Origin: an uncultured Thermoleophilaceae bacterium
GTDB taxonomy: Bacteria; Actinomycetota; Thermoleophilia; Solirubrobacterales; Thermoleophilaceae
DNA: 64,000 nt
NCBI GenBank assembly: GCA_963790245.1
Contig: CAWBNP010000002.1
Coordinates: 1,101,625-1,165,624, forward strand
Direction: 5' to 3'
Shown here: positions 54,498-63,119 of the stretch, one piece after another
Position numbering within the stretch: position 1 is the stretch's first letter
Layout: each line of letters opens with the position of its first letter
Made by a program: the position numbers and the translations under genes
The notes under the pieces: model-generated
What the model was told of the DNA's origin: nothing
Database searches by the model: none
What the model saw: only the letters and a program-made list of their open reading frames with translations

Positions 54498-55298
54498 CTA
54501 GAGCGGATAGAAGCGCCGCATCAGCGGCAGCAGGATCGAATGCGGCGTGTAGCGCCCGGCGAGCGAGCCGATCCGCATCGGCGCGTGTGGGACGACGACG
54601 CGCTTGCCCTGCTCGAGACCCTCGACGGCGGCCTTGGCGCACTCCTCGGAGCTGATCCAGAGAAAACCCGGCGCCGCTTCTGCGGCCTCGTCGATCGCGG
54701 CAACTTCCATGAACTCCGTGCGGACGGGACCCGGACAAAGCGCCGTGACGGTGACTCCGGACCCACCGAGTTCGCTCGAGATCGCCTCGCTGAACGACAG
54801 CGCGAAAGCCTTGGTTGCCGCGTAGGTCGCCTGCCCGGGGATCGGCTGGAAGCCGGCGCTCGAGGCCACGTTGAGAATCGCGCCGGCTCGACGGGCGACC
54901 ATGCCGCCCGCGACCGCGTGCGCGAGCGCGACGATCGCCTCGCAGTTGGTGCGGACCATCCGCGCTTCGGCCTCGCCGTCGAGTTCGGCGAAGTTCCCGC
55001 CCGAGCCGAAGCCGGCGTTGTTGACCAGGACATCGACGTGCAGGCCGGCGGCGGCGATCTGCATCATCAGCGACTCGCGCGCGGCCGAGTCGGTCACGTC
55101 GCAGGCGATCGTCTCGACCCGGACCGCGTGCGCCTCGCGCAGCTCAGCGGCGAGCGCCTCGAGCCGTTCGAGCCGCCGAGCGACGAGCGACAGACCGTGA
55201 CCGCGAGCCGCGAGCTCGCGTGCGATGTCCGCGCCGATGCCAGACGAGGCTCCGGTGACGATCGCGGTCGAGTCGGGGTGCGGCGCGGGCAGGCTCAT
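54498..55298 (-). CDS. SDR family oxidoreductase
   Basis: TGASSGIG, NNAG and YAATK motifs. Confidence 0.85.
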   Translation of the reverse strand: MSLPAPHPDSTAIVTGASSGIGADIARELAARGHGLSLVARRLERLEALAAELREAHAVRVETIACDVTDSAARESLMMQIAAAGLHVDVLVNNAGFGSGGNFAELDGEAEARMVRTNCEAIVALAHAVAGGMVARRAGAILNVASSAGFQPIPGQATYAATKAFALSFSEAISSELGGSGVTVTALCPGPVRTEFMEVAAIDEAAEAAPGFLWISSEECAKAAVEGLEQGKRVVVPHAPMRIGSLAGRYTPHSILLPLMRRFYPL

Positions 55299-55364
55299 CG
55301 AGGTCGGCGACAGACTAACGCCGGAGCACGTCCGCGCCGTCGCGGCGGTAAGACTTCACAACCG

Positions 55365-56069
55365 ATGAGCGACATCAAGCAGCAGTCATACCGCGATCCG
55401 CGCCCGGCCGGATCGATGGAGCCCTTCCACGCGTGGGCACGCACCCGCGAGCCGGGTTGGACCTATCCGCTCGTCCGCGTCCTGCTGACCCCGATCGCGA
55501 TCGGCCTCTACCGAACCCGTGCCCGGGGCCGCTCGAACGTCCCGGCCGCCGGGCCGGTGATCATCGCCCCGAACCACTTCTCCAACATGGACCACTTCTT
55601 CTGCGGGGTCTACCTGCGGCGCGAGATCCGCTTCATGGCGAAGTCGCAGTTCTTCGGCGGCAACCCGCTGCTCAGCTACCTGTTCCGGGTCGCCGGCCAC
55701 TTCCCCGTCCGGCGCGGCTACGCCGATCAGGAGGCGTTCGTAACGGCGCGCTCGATCCTCGGTCGCGGCGGTTGCGTCGGCATGTACGCCGAGGGCGGGC
55801 GATCACGGACCGGCGGGCTCGGCGAGCCGCGCCCGGGCATCGGCCGACTCGCGTTGGAGTCGGGTGCGCCGGTCGTGCCGGTCGCGATCCACGGCTCGCT
55901 CGCGGTCCGCCAGTGGCGTCGCGGACGGTTCCCGAAGATCACCGTCAGCTACGGGCAGCCATTTAGCCTCGACCAGGTCGCAGGCCCAAGCCGCGAGCAG
56001 CAGGTCGAGGCGGCCGAGCGGATCTTCGGGCGGGTCCGCGAGCTCTACGCCGCGCTCGACAGCGAGTGA
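55365..56069 (+). CDS. 1-acyl-sn-glycerol-3-phosphate acyltransferase family (PlsC-like)
   Basis: HX4D motif NHFSNMDH and the EGGRS motif. I chose ATG 55365 inside the long track ORF 54444..56069. Confidence 0.8.
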   Translation: MSDIKQQSYRDPRPAGSMEPFHAWARTREPGWTYPLVRVLLTPIAIGLYRTRARGRSNVPAAGPVIIAPNHFSNMDHFFCGVYLRREIRFMAKSQFFGGNPLLSYLFRVAGHFPVRRGYADQEAFVTARSILGRGGCVGMYAEGGRSRTGGLGEPRPGIGRLALESGAPVVPVAIHGSLAVRQWRRGRFPKITVSYGQPFSLDQVAGPSREQQVEAAERIFGRVRELYAALDSE

Positions 56070-56082
56070 TTGAATTCAGCCC

Positions 56083-56508
56083 GTGAACAGTTCCTGGACC
56101 CTCACCCAGTGGGTCTGTCTCGTTCTGGGCTTCTTGTTTCTGGCCCACGCGGCCGGCGGGATGGTCGTCAACCCGGACTTCGCCGTCGGGTCGGCGGCGA
56201 CGGCAGAGCGATGGCTTCTGATGGACTGGAACGGATGGCACGCGCTGAGCGGGCTGCTGCTCTGGAACACCTCGATCGTCGTCGCCTTCCGCGCCGACTG
56301 GGCGCGAATGTTCGCGCTCTTCGTGGCGATCGCCCAGCTCCCGGTCGTCGTTTGGATGCTCTTCGACCCACGCCCGCTCGGGCTGTTCCTGCTGCCGACC
56401 ACCACCGACCTGATTTTCCATTCGGCGACGGTCCTGCTGTTCGCGTGCCTGTTCGTGTTTGACCGGCCACGCGACGCGGAGACCGGCGCCGCGTCGGCTG
56501 CGGTCTGA
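56083..56508 (+). CDS. Small four-TM membrane protein (DUF4383-like)
   Basis: 141 aa, about four hydrophobic segments, conserved NGWHA-type motif (WNGWHALSG). The family name is from memory. Confidence 0.55.
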   Translation: MNSSWTLTQWVCLVLGFLFLAHAAGGMVVNPDFAVGSAATAERWLLMDWNGWHALSGLLLWNTSIVVAFRADWARMFALFVAIAQLPVVVWMLFDPRPLGLFLLPTTTDLIFHSATVLLFACLFVFDRPRDAETGAASAAV

Positions 56509-56530
56509 CACCGGTGGGTCGGGCTGGGGG

Positions 56531-57487
56531 GTGACGGCGATCGCGGCAATCGGGCTCGGCGGTGTGTTCGGCGCCCTGATGGCGAGCGGGGGTATCTGCT
56601 TCAACCGCGGATTGCGCGAGGCCACGCAACGACGCTGGACCGTTCTGCGCGTGTTCGCCTTCGCGGTCGCGCTGCAGCTGCTGCTGCTGCCCGTGCTGAT
56701 CGCGCTCGGCGTCGAGGTCTCGCCGATCGGGCTGTTCCCGCTCGCGCAGGTGGTCGGCGGCCTGACCTTCGGCGTGGGGATGGCGCTCGCCGGAGGCTGC
56801 ATCGCGGGGATCCTCTGGAAGACCGGGGCGGGATCGATCGCAACCGCGATCGCGATCGCCGCGTTTGCGGCCGGAGAGCTCCTGATCCGCGGGCCCGGTG
56901 CGGGCCTTGCCGATTCCCTCGACGCGACGCAGGTCGCCGGTGCGCCGACGCTCGACGGCGTACTCGGCCTCGGCTACGCACCGCTCGCGATCGCGCTCGG
57001 ACTGCTGTTGCTCGTCCTCCTGCTGCGTGGCGGTCGCGCCGGGATCGCCTTCGGCCTCGCTCTCGGGGCGGTGGCCGCCTTCGCTTGGGTGATCGCGGGG
57101 TGGGTCGACTACGGCTACGGGCTGGGCTTCGTCGGATCCGCCGACGGCGTCGCGCGCTCGATTTCGGAGGGCGGTGCACTGCCCTTCCAGGCGCTGCTCG
57201 CCGCGGGCGTGATCCTCGGTTCTGCGGTCGCGATCCGCGGGCCGCTGCGGCTGCCTGACGGCCCGCGCGCGGGCCGAGCGCTCGCGGGCGGCCTGCTGAT
57301 GGGAGTCGGCGGCACGCTCGCCCACGGCTGCAACATCGGCAACGGTCTGACCGGCGTCCCGCTGCTCTCGATCGGCTCGCTGCTCGCAACCTCGATGATG
57401 GCGGCCGGGGCGATCGCGACCTGGAAGCTGGCGCTGTCGAGATCGCCACGCCTGCGCGGTCGTGAGCGCCCGGAACCAGACTGGTGA
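56531..57487 (+). CDS. YeeE/YedE family (sulfur-compound transport-like) membrane protein
   Basis: Two repeated halves, each with a GGC/HGC motif (MALAGGCIAGILWK, GGTLAHGCNIGNGLTG). GTG 56531. Confidence 0.7.
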   Translation: MTAIAAIGLGGVFGALMASGGICFNRGLREATQRRWTVLRVFAFAVALQLLLLPVLIALGVEVSPIGLFPLAQVVGGLTFGVGMALAGGCIAGILWKTGAGSIATAIAIAAFAAGELLIRGPGAGLADSLDATQVAGAPTLDGVLGLGYAPLAIALGLLLLVLLLRGGRAGIAFGLALGAVAAFAWVIAGWVDYGYGLGFVGSADGVARSISEGGALPFQALLAAGVILGSAVAIRGPLRLPDGPRAGRALAGGLLMGVGGTLAHGCNIGNGLTGVPLLSIGSLLATSMMAAGAIATWKLALSRSPRLRGRERPEPDW

Positions 57488-57500
57488 CAGGCTCTGGACA

Positions 57501-58808
57501 ATGACGCTGCCCCCTGAGCTCGCGGCGCCGCCGATCGTCCAGACGATGAGCTGGCTGTTCCGGCCGATCGACTTCATGAACGGTGCCCGTCAGCGTTACG
57601 GCGACACCTTCTCGGTCCGCTTCCTCGGCTTTCAGACTCCGATGGTGATGATCTCGAGCCCCGCCGCGATCCGGGCGCTCTACGCCGGCCGCGAGAACGG
57701 CCTGCCGCCCGGCCGGACCGTCGCGCTCGAGCCGATCATGGGCCCGCGCTCGGTACTCCTGCTCGAGGGCGATGAGCACCTCGCGCGGCGGCGGCTGATG
57801 CTGCCGCCCTTCCACGGCGAGCGGATGCGCGCTTACGAGGAGCTGATCGAGCGGACCACCCACGCGGAGGTGGCCTCCTGGCCACGCGAGGTGCGGTTCC
57901 CGGCTCACCCCCGGATGCAGGCGATCACGCTCGAGGTCATCCTGCGAGCAGTCTTCGGAGTCAGCGACCCGGCCCGGCTCGAGCAGCTGCGCGAGTCGCT
58001 CGGCGGTCTGCTCGACACGACCGCCTCCCCCCGCCTCGCGATGCGCGTGCTGCTCTCGAGGAGGTTCGGCCGCGGGGATCCGCTCGGATCACTCGCCGAG
58101 ACCAACGCGACGATCGACGCGGCGCTGGCGGTCGAGATCGACGAGCGCCGAGCAGACCCGGAGCTCGAGCGGCGAGAGGACATCCTCTCGTTGCTGGTCG
58201 CCGCCCGCTTCGAGGACGGGGAGCCGATGGCCGATGGCGAGATCCGCGATCAGCTGATCACCCTGCTGCTCGCCGGCCACGAGACCACGGCGACGGCGCT
58301 CGCCTGGACGATCGATCTGCTGCTGCGCAACCCCGAGGCCCACGGCCGCCTCGTCGAGGAGATCGATCGCGACGAGGAGGATCGCTACCTGCGCGCCGTG
58401 ATCGCCGAGGCGCTGCGACTGCGGCCGGTGGTGCCGCTGGCGGGACGAAGGCTGCGCTCCGAGCTCCAGATCGAGGATTTCGTACTGCCGGCCGGGACCG
58501 ACATCACCCCCGCGATCTGGCTTGCGCACACCAATCCGCAGACCTATCCCGAGCCGCTCGCATTCCGGCCCGAGCGGTTCCTCGACGACAAACCCGAGAC
58601 CTACTCCTGGGTTCCGTTCGGGGGCGGCTCGCGCCGCTGCCTCGGCGCAGCCTTCGCCGAGCTCGAGATGCGCGTCGTCCTGCGCACCGTGCTCGGGTCG
58701 GTGCGGTTGCGCGGCGGCCGCTCCGCTCCCGAGCGGATCGCACGGCGCAACATCACCTTCTCGCCGAAAGGCGGGACCCCGGTCATCGCGACCGACCGCC
58801 GAGACTGA
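57501..58808 (+). CDS. Cytochrome P450
   Basis: Heme-thiolate loop FGGGSRRCLGAAFA, I-helix LLLAGHETTA, ExxR (EALRLRP). Confidence 0.9.
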   Translation: MTLPPELAAPPIVQTMSWLFRPIDFMNGARQRYGDTFSVRFLGFQTPMVMISSPAAIRALYAGRENGLPPGRTVALEPIMGPRSVLLLEGDEHLARRRLMLPPFHGERMRAYEELIERTTHAEVASWPREVRFPAHPRMQAITLEVILRAVFGVSDPARLEQLRESLGGLLDTTASPRLAMRVLLSRRFGRGDPLGSLAETNATIDAALAVEIDERRADPELERREDILSLLVAARFEDGEPMADGEIRDQLITLLLAGHETTATALAWTIDLLLRNPEAHGRLVEEIDRDEEDRYLRAVIAEALRLRPVVPLAGRRLRSELQIEDFVLPAGTDITPAIWLAHTNPQTYPEPLAFRPERFLDDKPETYSWVPFGGGSRRCLGAAFAELEMRVVLRTVLGSVRLRGGRSAPERIARRNITFSPKGGTPVIATDRRD

Positions 58809-58828
58809 AGAACACGACTGTTCGCCAT

Positions 58829-59464
58829 TTGACTATGCTCGCGGCGATGGCTGTCCAACAGCAACCGGCAGCGCGAATCGCGCCCGGAACGAGCGCCGAA
58901 ATCGGAACGACGAACGCGCTGATCGCGCGGGTGATCGGATCCGCGACCGGCGGGGCCCCACCCAACCTATTCACGACCCTCGCCCGCAACCGCGTCCTGT
59001 TTCGCAGGTGGCTGCGCTTTGCGTCGGCCCTGATGCCCGGCGGGACGTTGCCGCGGGCCGACAGCGAGCTCGTGATCCTGCGCGTCGCCCACAACTGCGG
59101 CTGCGCCTACGAGCTCGACCAGCACGAGCGGCTCGCGGCCGCCGCCGGGCTCGACGCCCTGCAGATAGCGCGCGCGGCCGACGGCGCAGCTGCGGAGGGC
59201 TGGTCACCGCGCCAGGCGCTGCTGCTGCGGGTCGCCGACGAGCTTCATTCCGAACGGAACATCTCCGACGAGCTCTGGGCCGAGCTGCGCCCGCTGCTCG
59301 GCGACGAGCAGCTGATCGAGCTGCTGATGCTGGTCGGCCACTACGAGATGCTCGCGATGACCCTCAACGGGTTGCGCGTTGCTCCCGACCCCGCGCCGAC
59401 CGGCCGTCCGCCACGGCTCGTGCGCGCGATCCAGAAGCGGCTTGAACGGCGGAGCCGCCGATGA
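58829..59464 (+). CDS. Carboxymuconolactone decarboxylase (AhpD-like) family protein
   Basis: ELVILRVAHNCGCAYELDQHERL is a CMD-type CxxC/His motif. Confidence 0.7.
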   Translation: MTMLAAMAVQQQPAARIAPGTSAEIGTTNALIARVIGSATGGAPPNLFTTLARNRVLFRRWLRFASALMPGGTLPRADSELVILRVAHNCGCAYELDQHERLAAAAGLDALQIARAADGAAAEGWSPRQALLLRVADELHSERNISDELWAELRPLLGDEQLIELLMLVGHYEMLAMTLNGLRVAPDPAPTGRPPRLVRAIQKRLERRSRR

Positions 59465-60318
59465 CGCCCGTCACCGGCAAGAAGTGCCTGATCACGGGCG
59501 CGGCGAGCGGGATCGGCCGCGCGACCGCGATCATGGCCGCCGAACGCGGGGCCGAGCTGTTCCTGACCGACATCGCCGCCTCCGGCCTCGAGCAAACCGC
59601 CGCCGAGATCACCGCTGCCGGCGGTCGCGTCAGCTACTGGCGCGCGCTCGACATCTCCGACCACGAGGCGGTCGTGGCGATGGCCGAAGAGGTGCATGCC
59701 GCGCACGGAAGCCTCGACATCGTGATGAACATCGCCGGGATCTCGGCATGGGGCTCAGTCGAGAACCTCGAACACCGCCACTGGCGGCAGATGGTCGAGG
59801 TCAACCTGATGGGGCCGATCCACGTGATCGAGTCCTTCATCCCTCCGATGATCGAGGCCGGCCGCGGCGGCCACCTCGTCAATGTCTCCTCTGCCGCCGG
59901 GCTGTTCGGCCTCCCCTGGCACGCCGCCTACAGCGCGAGCAAGTTCGGCCTCCGCGGTGTCTCCGAGGTGCTGCGCTTCGACCTCCGCCGCCACGGCATC
60001 GGCGTGAGCCTCGTCTGCCCGGGTGGTGTCGCCACCCCGCTGGTCGGAACGGTCGAGATCGCGGGCATCAACCGCGAGCACCGGTCGATCAAGAACCTGA
60101 CGGCCCACTTCGAGCGGCGGGCCGTCCCACCCAGGAAGGTCGCCGCCGCGATCCTCAAGGGAGTGCAGCGCAACCGCTACATGGTCTTCACCTCGCCCGA
60201 CATCTGGGTCGGCTACTTCTTCCAGCGGAAGTTCGCGCTCCCCTACGAGATCGTGATGCGGATCGCCAACGACCGGCTCGTCAAGGTCGCAAAGCGCTCA
60301 ACGGAGAATTCGTCGTAG
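59461..60318 (+). CDS. SDR family oxidoreductase
   Basis: TGAASGIG, NIAG and YSASK motifs. ATGA overlap with the upstream gene. Confidence 0.85.
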   Translation: MTPVTGKKCLITGAASGIGRATAIMAAERGAELFLTDIAASGLEQTAAEITAAGGRVSYWRALDISDHEAVVAMAEEVHAAHGSLDIVMNIAGISAWGSVENLEHRHWRQMVEVNLMGPIHVIESFIPPMIEAGRGGHLVNVSSAAGLFGLPWHAAYSASKFGLRGVSEVLRFDLRRHGIGVSLVCPGGVATPLVGTVEIAGINREHRSIKNLTAHFERRAVPPRKVAAAILKGVQRNRYMVFTSPDIWVGYFFQRKFALPYEIVMRIANDRLVKVAKRSTENSS

Positions 60319-60405
60319 GTCGCCGCCCGGCAGCACTGGGACAGGACTACGCCTCGGCGCGGTCCGGCACCTCAGGGTCGCGACCGTCGTTAACCGAGCG
60401 CGACC

Positions 60406-61071
60406 TCAGAGCATCCCGCTCCCGGACAGCAGCGCGCGGACCTGGACCATCAGCGGACCGTGGAGCTCGGTAAGGCGGTCCCCTTCCCCCGCGCAGAGCC
60501 GCTGGGTCACCAGCGCGCCGGTTCCGGCGACGACCAGCTCGCAGGCGAATCGCTGGGCGTCGGTGTTGGCTCCGAGCTGCCCTGCGACGCCCGCCGCAAA
60601 TCGCCGCTGGACCTCGACCCGCCGGTCGAGCGCCGCCGGCCCGGCGCCGTAGACCTCGATCAGGAACGTCCGCGCGATCGCCGGCTCGGCCGCAAGCACC
60701 GCGAGGTAACGCGCGAGCATCCCGTCAACCAGCGCAAGCGCCAGCGGCTCGTCGACGTTGCCGGCTTCCGGTGTTGGGCGGCCGCCGATCGCGTCGAGCA
60801 CCCGCGCGACGGCCGCGTCGTAGGCAGCGAGGAAGCAGGTCTCCTTGTTCGGGTAGTGCTCGTAGAAGGTCTCGCGCGAGACCCCCGCGCGGCGCAGCAC
60901 CTCGGCGACGGAAGTCTTGACGTAGCCGTGCTCGGCGACCGCCTCGCCCATCGCCCGGAGCAGCCGCTCGCGCTGGGAACCGGTCACCTGCTCCCGGCTG
61001 AGGCCGTGGCGACCGCGCGGTAGCCGATCGATGGCCGGAGGTTCCTCGGTCGAGCTCGCGGTGGACGCCAC
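60406..61071 (-). CDS. TetR/AcrR family transcriptional regulator
   Basis: HTH region RERLLRAMGEAVAEHGYVKTSVAEVLRRAGVSRETFYEHYPNKE. Confidence 0.85.
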   Translation of the reverse strand: MASTASSTEEPPAIDRLPRGRHGLSREQVTGSQRERLLRAMGEAVAEHGYVKTSVAEVLRRAGVSRETFYEHYPNKETCFLAAYDAAVARVLDAIGGRPTPEAGNVDEPLALALVDGMLARYLAVLAAEPAIARTFLIEVYGAGPAALDRRVEVQRRFAAGVAGQLGANTDAQRFACELVVAGTGALVTQRLCAGEGDRLTELHGPLMVQVRALLSGSGML

Positions 61072-61120
61072 CGCCGGACCGTAGCAACCGTGAACACCGC
61101 TGTTCGCAGGTCTGGGGAGA

Positions 61121-61924
61121 ATGGCGGCGGTGGAGACCGGCTCACGATCCGAGTTGACCGAGCGGCTGCGTGCGGCCGGATGCGTGTTCGCGGAGGAGGA
61201 AGCGCGGTTGCTGCTCGAGTCGGCTCCCGACGGCGAGCGGTTGGAACCGCTCGTCCGGCGCCGCGAGGCCGGCGAGCCGCTCGAGCAGGTGCTCGGCTGG
61301 GCGCAATTCGCCCGGCTGCGGCTCGCGGTCGAGCCGGGCGTCTTCGTCCCTCGTCACCGGACCGAGCTCCTGGCGCGCGAGGCGCTCGCCCGCGCCGCCG
61401 ATTCTTCGGCACCGGTCGTCGTCGAGCTCTGCTGCGGTGCCGCGCCGATCGGCGCGGCGGTGGCGGATGAGCTCGCGCAAGCGGAGCTCTACGCGACCGA
61501 TATCGACCCGGCAGCAATCGACCTCGCCCGGCGGAACCTGCCGTCAAACGCCACGGTGCTGCCCGGCGACCTCTACCACCCACTGCCCGAAGCGCTCCGC
61601 GGCCGAATCGACGTGCTCGTCGCCAATCCCCCCTACGTCCCGAGCGACGCGATCCAATCGCTACCCCGCGAAGCCCGTCTGCACGAACCGGCTGCCGCGC
61701 TCGACGGGGGAGCCGACGGTCTTGACTTCCACCGCCGAATAGCGGTCGGAGCGCCGGGCTGGCTGGTACCGGGCGGCTCGTTGCTGCTCGAGACAAGTGC
61801 TGGACAGGCCGTCGCGGCCGTGGAGTTCGTCGCCGCGGCAGGCCTCCGCGCGCGCGTCGTCAGCGACCCCGACCTCGATGCGACCGTCGTGGTCGGCGAG
61901 CGCGCCTCAGCCGCGCCGCTTTGA
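61121..61924 (+). CDS. PrmC/HemK-related N5-glutamine methyltransferase family protein
   Basis: NPPY motif (VANPPYVP), SAM motif (VVELCCGAAPIG), and the VFVPRHRTE element typical of PrmC-related proteins. Confidence 0.75.
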   Translation: MAAVETGSRSELTERLRAAGCVFAEEEARLLLESAPDGERLEPLVRRREAGEPLEQVLGWAQFARLRLAVEPGVFVPRHRTELLAREALARAADSSAPVVVELCCGAAPIGAAVADELAQAELYATDIDPAAIDLARRNLPSNATVLPGDLYHPLPEALRGRIDVLVANPPYVPSDAIQSLPREARLHEPAAALDGGADGLDFHRRIAVGAPGWLVPGGSLLLETSAGQAVAAVEFVAAAGLRARVVSDPDLDATVVVGERASAAPL

Positions 61925-63079
61925 GAGCGGCGAGGGGAACCGCGGCAACACCCGCGCGCCGCCGAACCACTCGGTCAGCCGCGCGGCCTCGCCCTCCAGG
62001 AACGCGATTGCATCCGAGCCGACGTCCTCGAGCAGCTGCAGCTCGACCGCGGCGGCGTCGTCCTGGCGCCAGCCGCCGACGATCCGGCCGTCCCACCAGA
62101 CCGTCGGCCCGGCGTTGCCGTTCGTATCGAACAGCTGCGGCTTGTAGTCGCCGAGGTACCAGTCGCGCTCGCTCCAGCCCATCGTCGTCGGGTCGAGCGG
62201 CGGCAGCAAAGCTCCCCACGGATCCGGCGGCCCGGTCGGCTCGAGGTCGTCGGGCAGCAGATAGCCGGGCCGCCCGTCGAGATTCACCTCGACTGCCTCC
62301 AAGTCCGCGAGCGCGCCGCGTACGGCGCCGAGCGTCGATCCAAGCCACCACTTGATGTCGACCTCGGTCCCTGGTCCGAAGACGCGCAGCCAGCGCTCGA
62401 CCAGGCCGGCAGTGCCCTCGCGCGCGCTGACGGGCGGGATCGGCTCGCCGAGCCACGCCGCCGTCGATGCCCAGCGCGGGCGCGAGGTCGACCAAACTCC
62501 GTCGTTGGTCGCGCGCACGATCCGGCCCGCTGCTGACAGCGTCGTGAGTACACGCGGCCCGATCGCCACCGGTCCACCCCACGACTTGCCGTGCCCCTGC
62601 ACGATCGACCCCTCGAGCAGCGAGATTTCAGAACGCAACTCCGAAGACGTCGCCTCGCGGCCACCCTCGAGCGCGCCCAGCACCTGCTCGCCGACCGCGT
62701 CGAGCCAGCGCTCACCATCCTCGACCAGCCCCGCTCCCTCGACGTCGCGGATCAGCCGGCCGCGCTCGGCGAGCGCGACCCGATCACTCGCGCCGGCCTG
62801 AGCGTCAGCGAGGGTCTCACGCGGAAAGACGAACAGCGTCCGTCGCATCGCGAGGTGCTTGACCAGCGACCGATCGGCGTAGAGCGCGCGCTCGAGCTCG
62901 GCGACCTCAAACCGTTCCACCCTCGCCCACGCCGAGAGCCCGATCGTCCCGGGGTCGGTTCCGTGCAGGCACACCATCGCCCGCGCGGCGTCCTCGACGC
63001 TCGCGGCCCGGTCGCCGGGCCTGACGCGGTGGCGCCGGCCCAGCCGCGCCCGTCGCTCGGCGACCTCGATCTTCAGCAC
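61907..63079 (-). CDS. Winged-helix DNA-binding domain protein (DUF1006; AlkZ/YcaQ-like DNA glycosylase family)
   Basis: GTG 63079. The length and motifs (VKHLAMRRTLFVFP, LLPPLDPTTMGW, WWDGRIVGGW) match my recollection of this family. Confidence 0.6.
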   Translation of the reverse strand: MLKIEVAERRARLGRRHRVRPGDRAASVEDAARAMVCLHGTDPGTIGLSAWARVERFEVAELERALYADRSLVKHLAMRRTLFVFPRETLADAQAGASDRVALAERGRLIRDVEGAGLVEDGERWLDAVGEQVLGALEGGREATSSELRSEISLLEGSIVQGHGKSWGGPVAIGPRVLTTLSAAGRIVRATNDGVWSTSRPRWASTAAWLGEPIPPVSAREGTAGLVERWLRVFGPGTEVDIKWWLGSTLGAVRGALADLEAVEVNLDGRPGYLLPDDLEPTGPPDPWGALLPPLDPTTMGWSERDWYLGDYKPQLFDTNGNAGPTVWWDGRIVGGWRQDDAAAVELQLLEDVGSDAIAFLEGEAARLTEWFGGARVLPRFPSPLSKRRG

Positions 63080-63119
63080 GCGGCCATCCTGCCAGGCGCG
63101 CCGGGGCGCGCCCCGGAAC

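Noticed and set aside
60360-60400. A 7-bp stem (GGTCGCG...CGCGACC) with a 16-nt loop between the convergent SDR and TetR genes, considered as a terminator.
   Set aside because: Short stem, large loop, no U-tract. Not distinguishable from chance in GC-rich DNA.
61092-61105. A small palindrome, GAACA-CCGC-TGTTC, in the TetR / methyltransferase divergent spacer, considered as a TetR operator.
   Set aside because: It has only 5-bp arms. Too weak to call without binding data or conservation.
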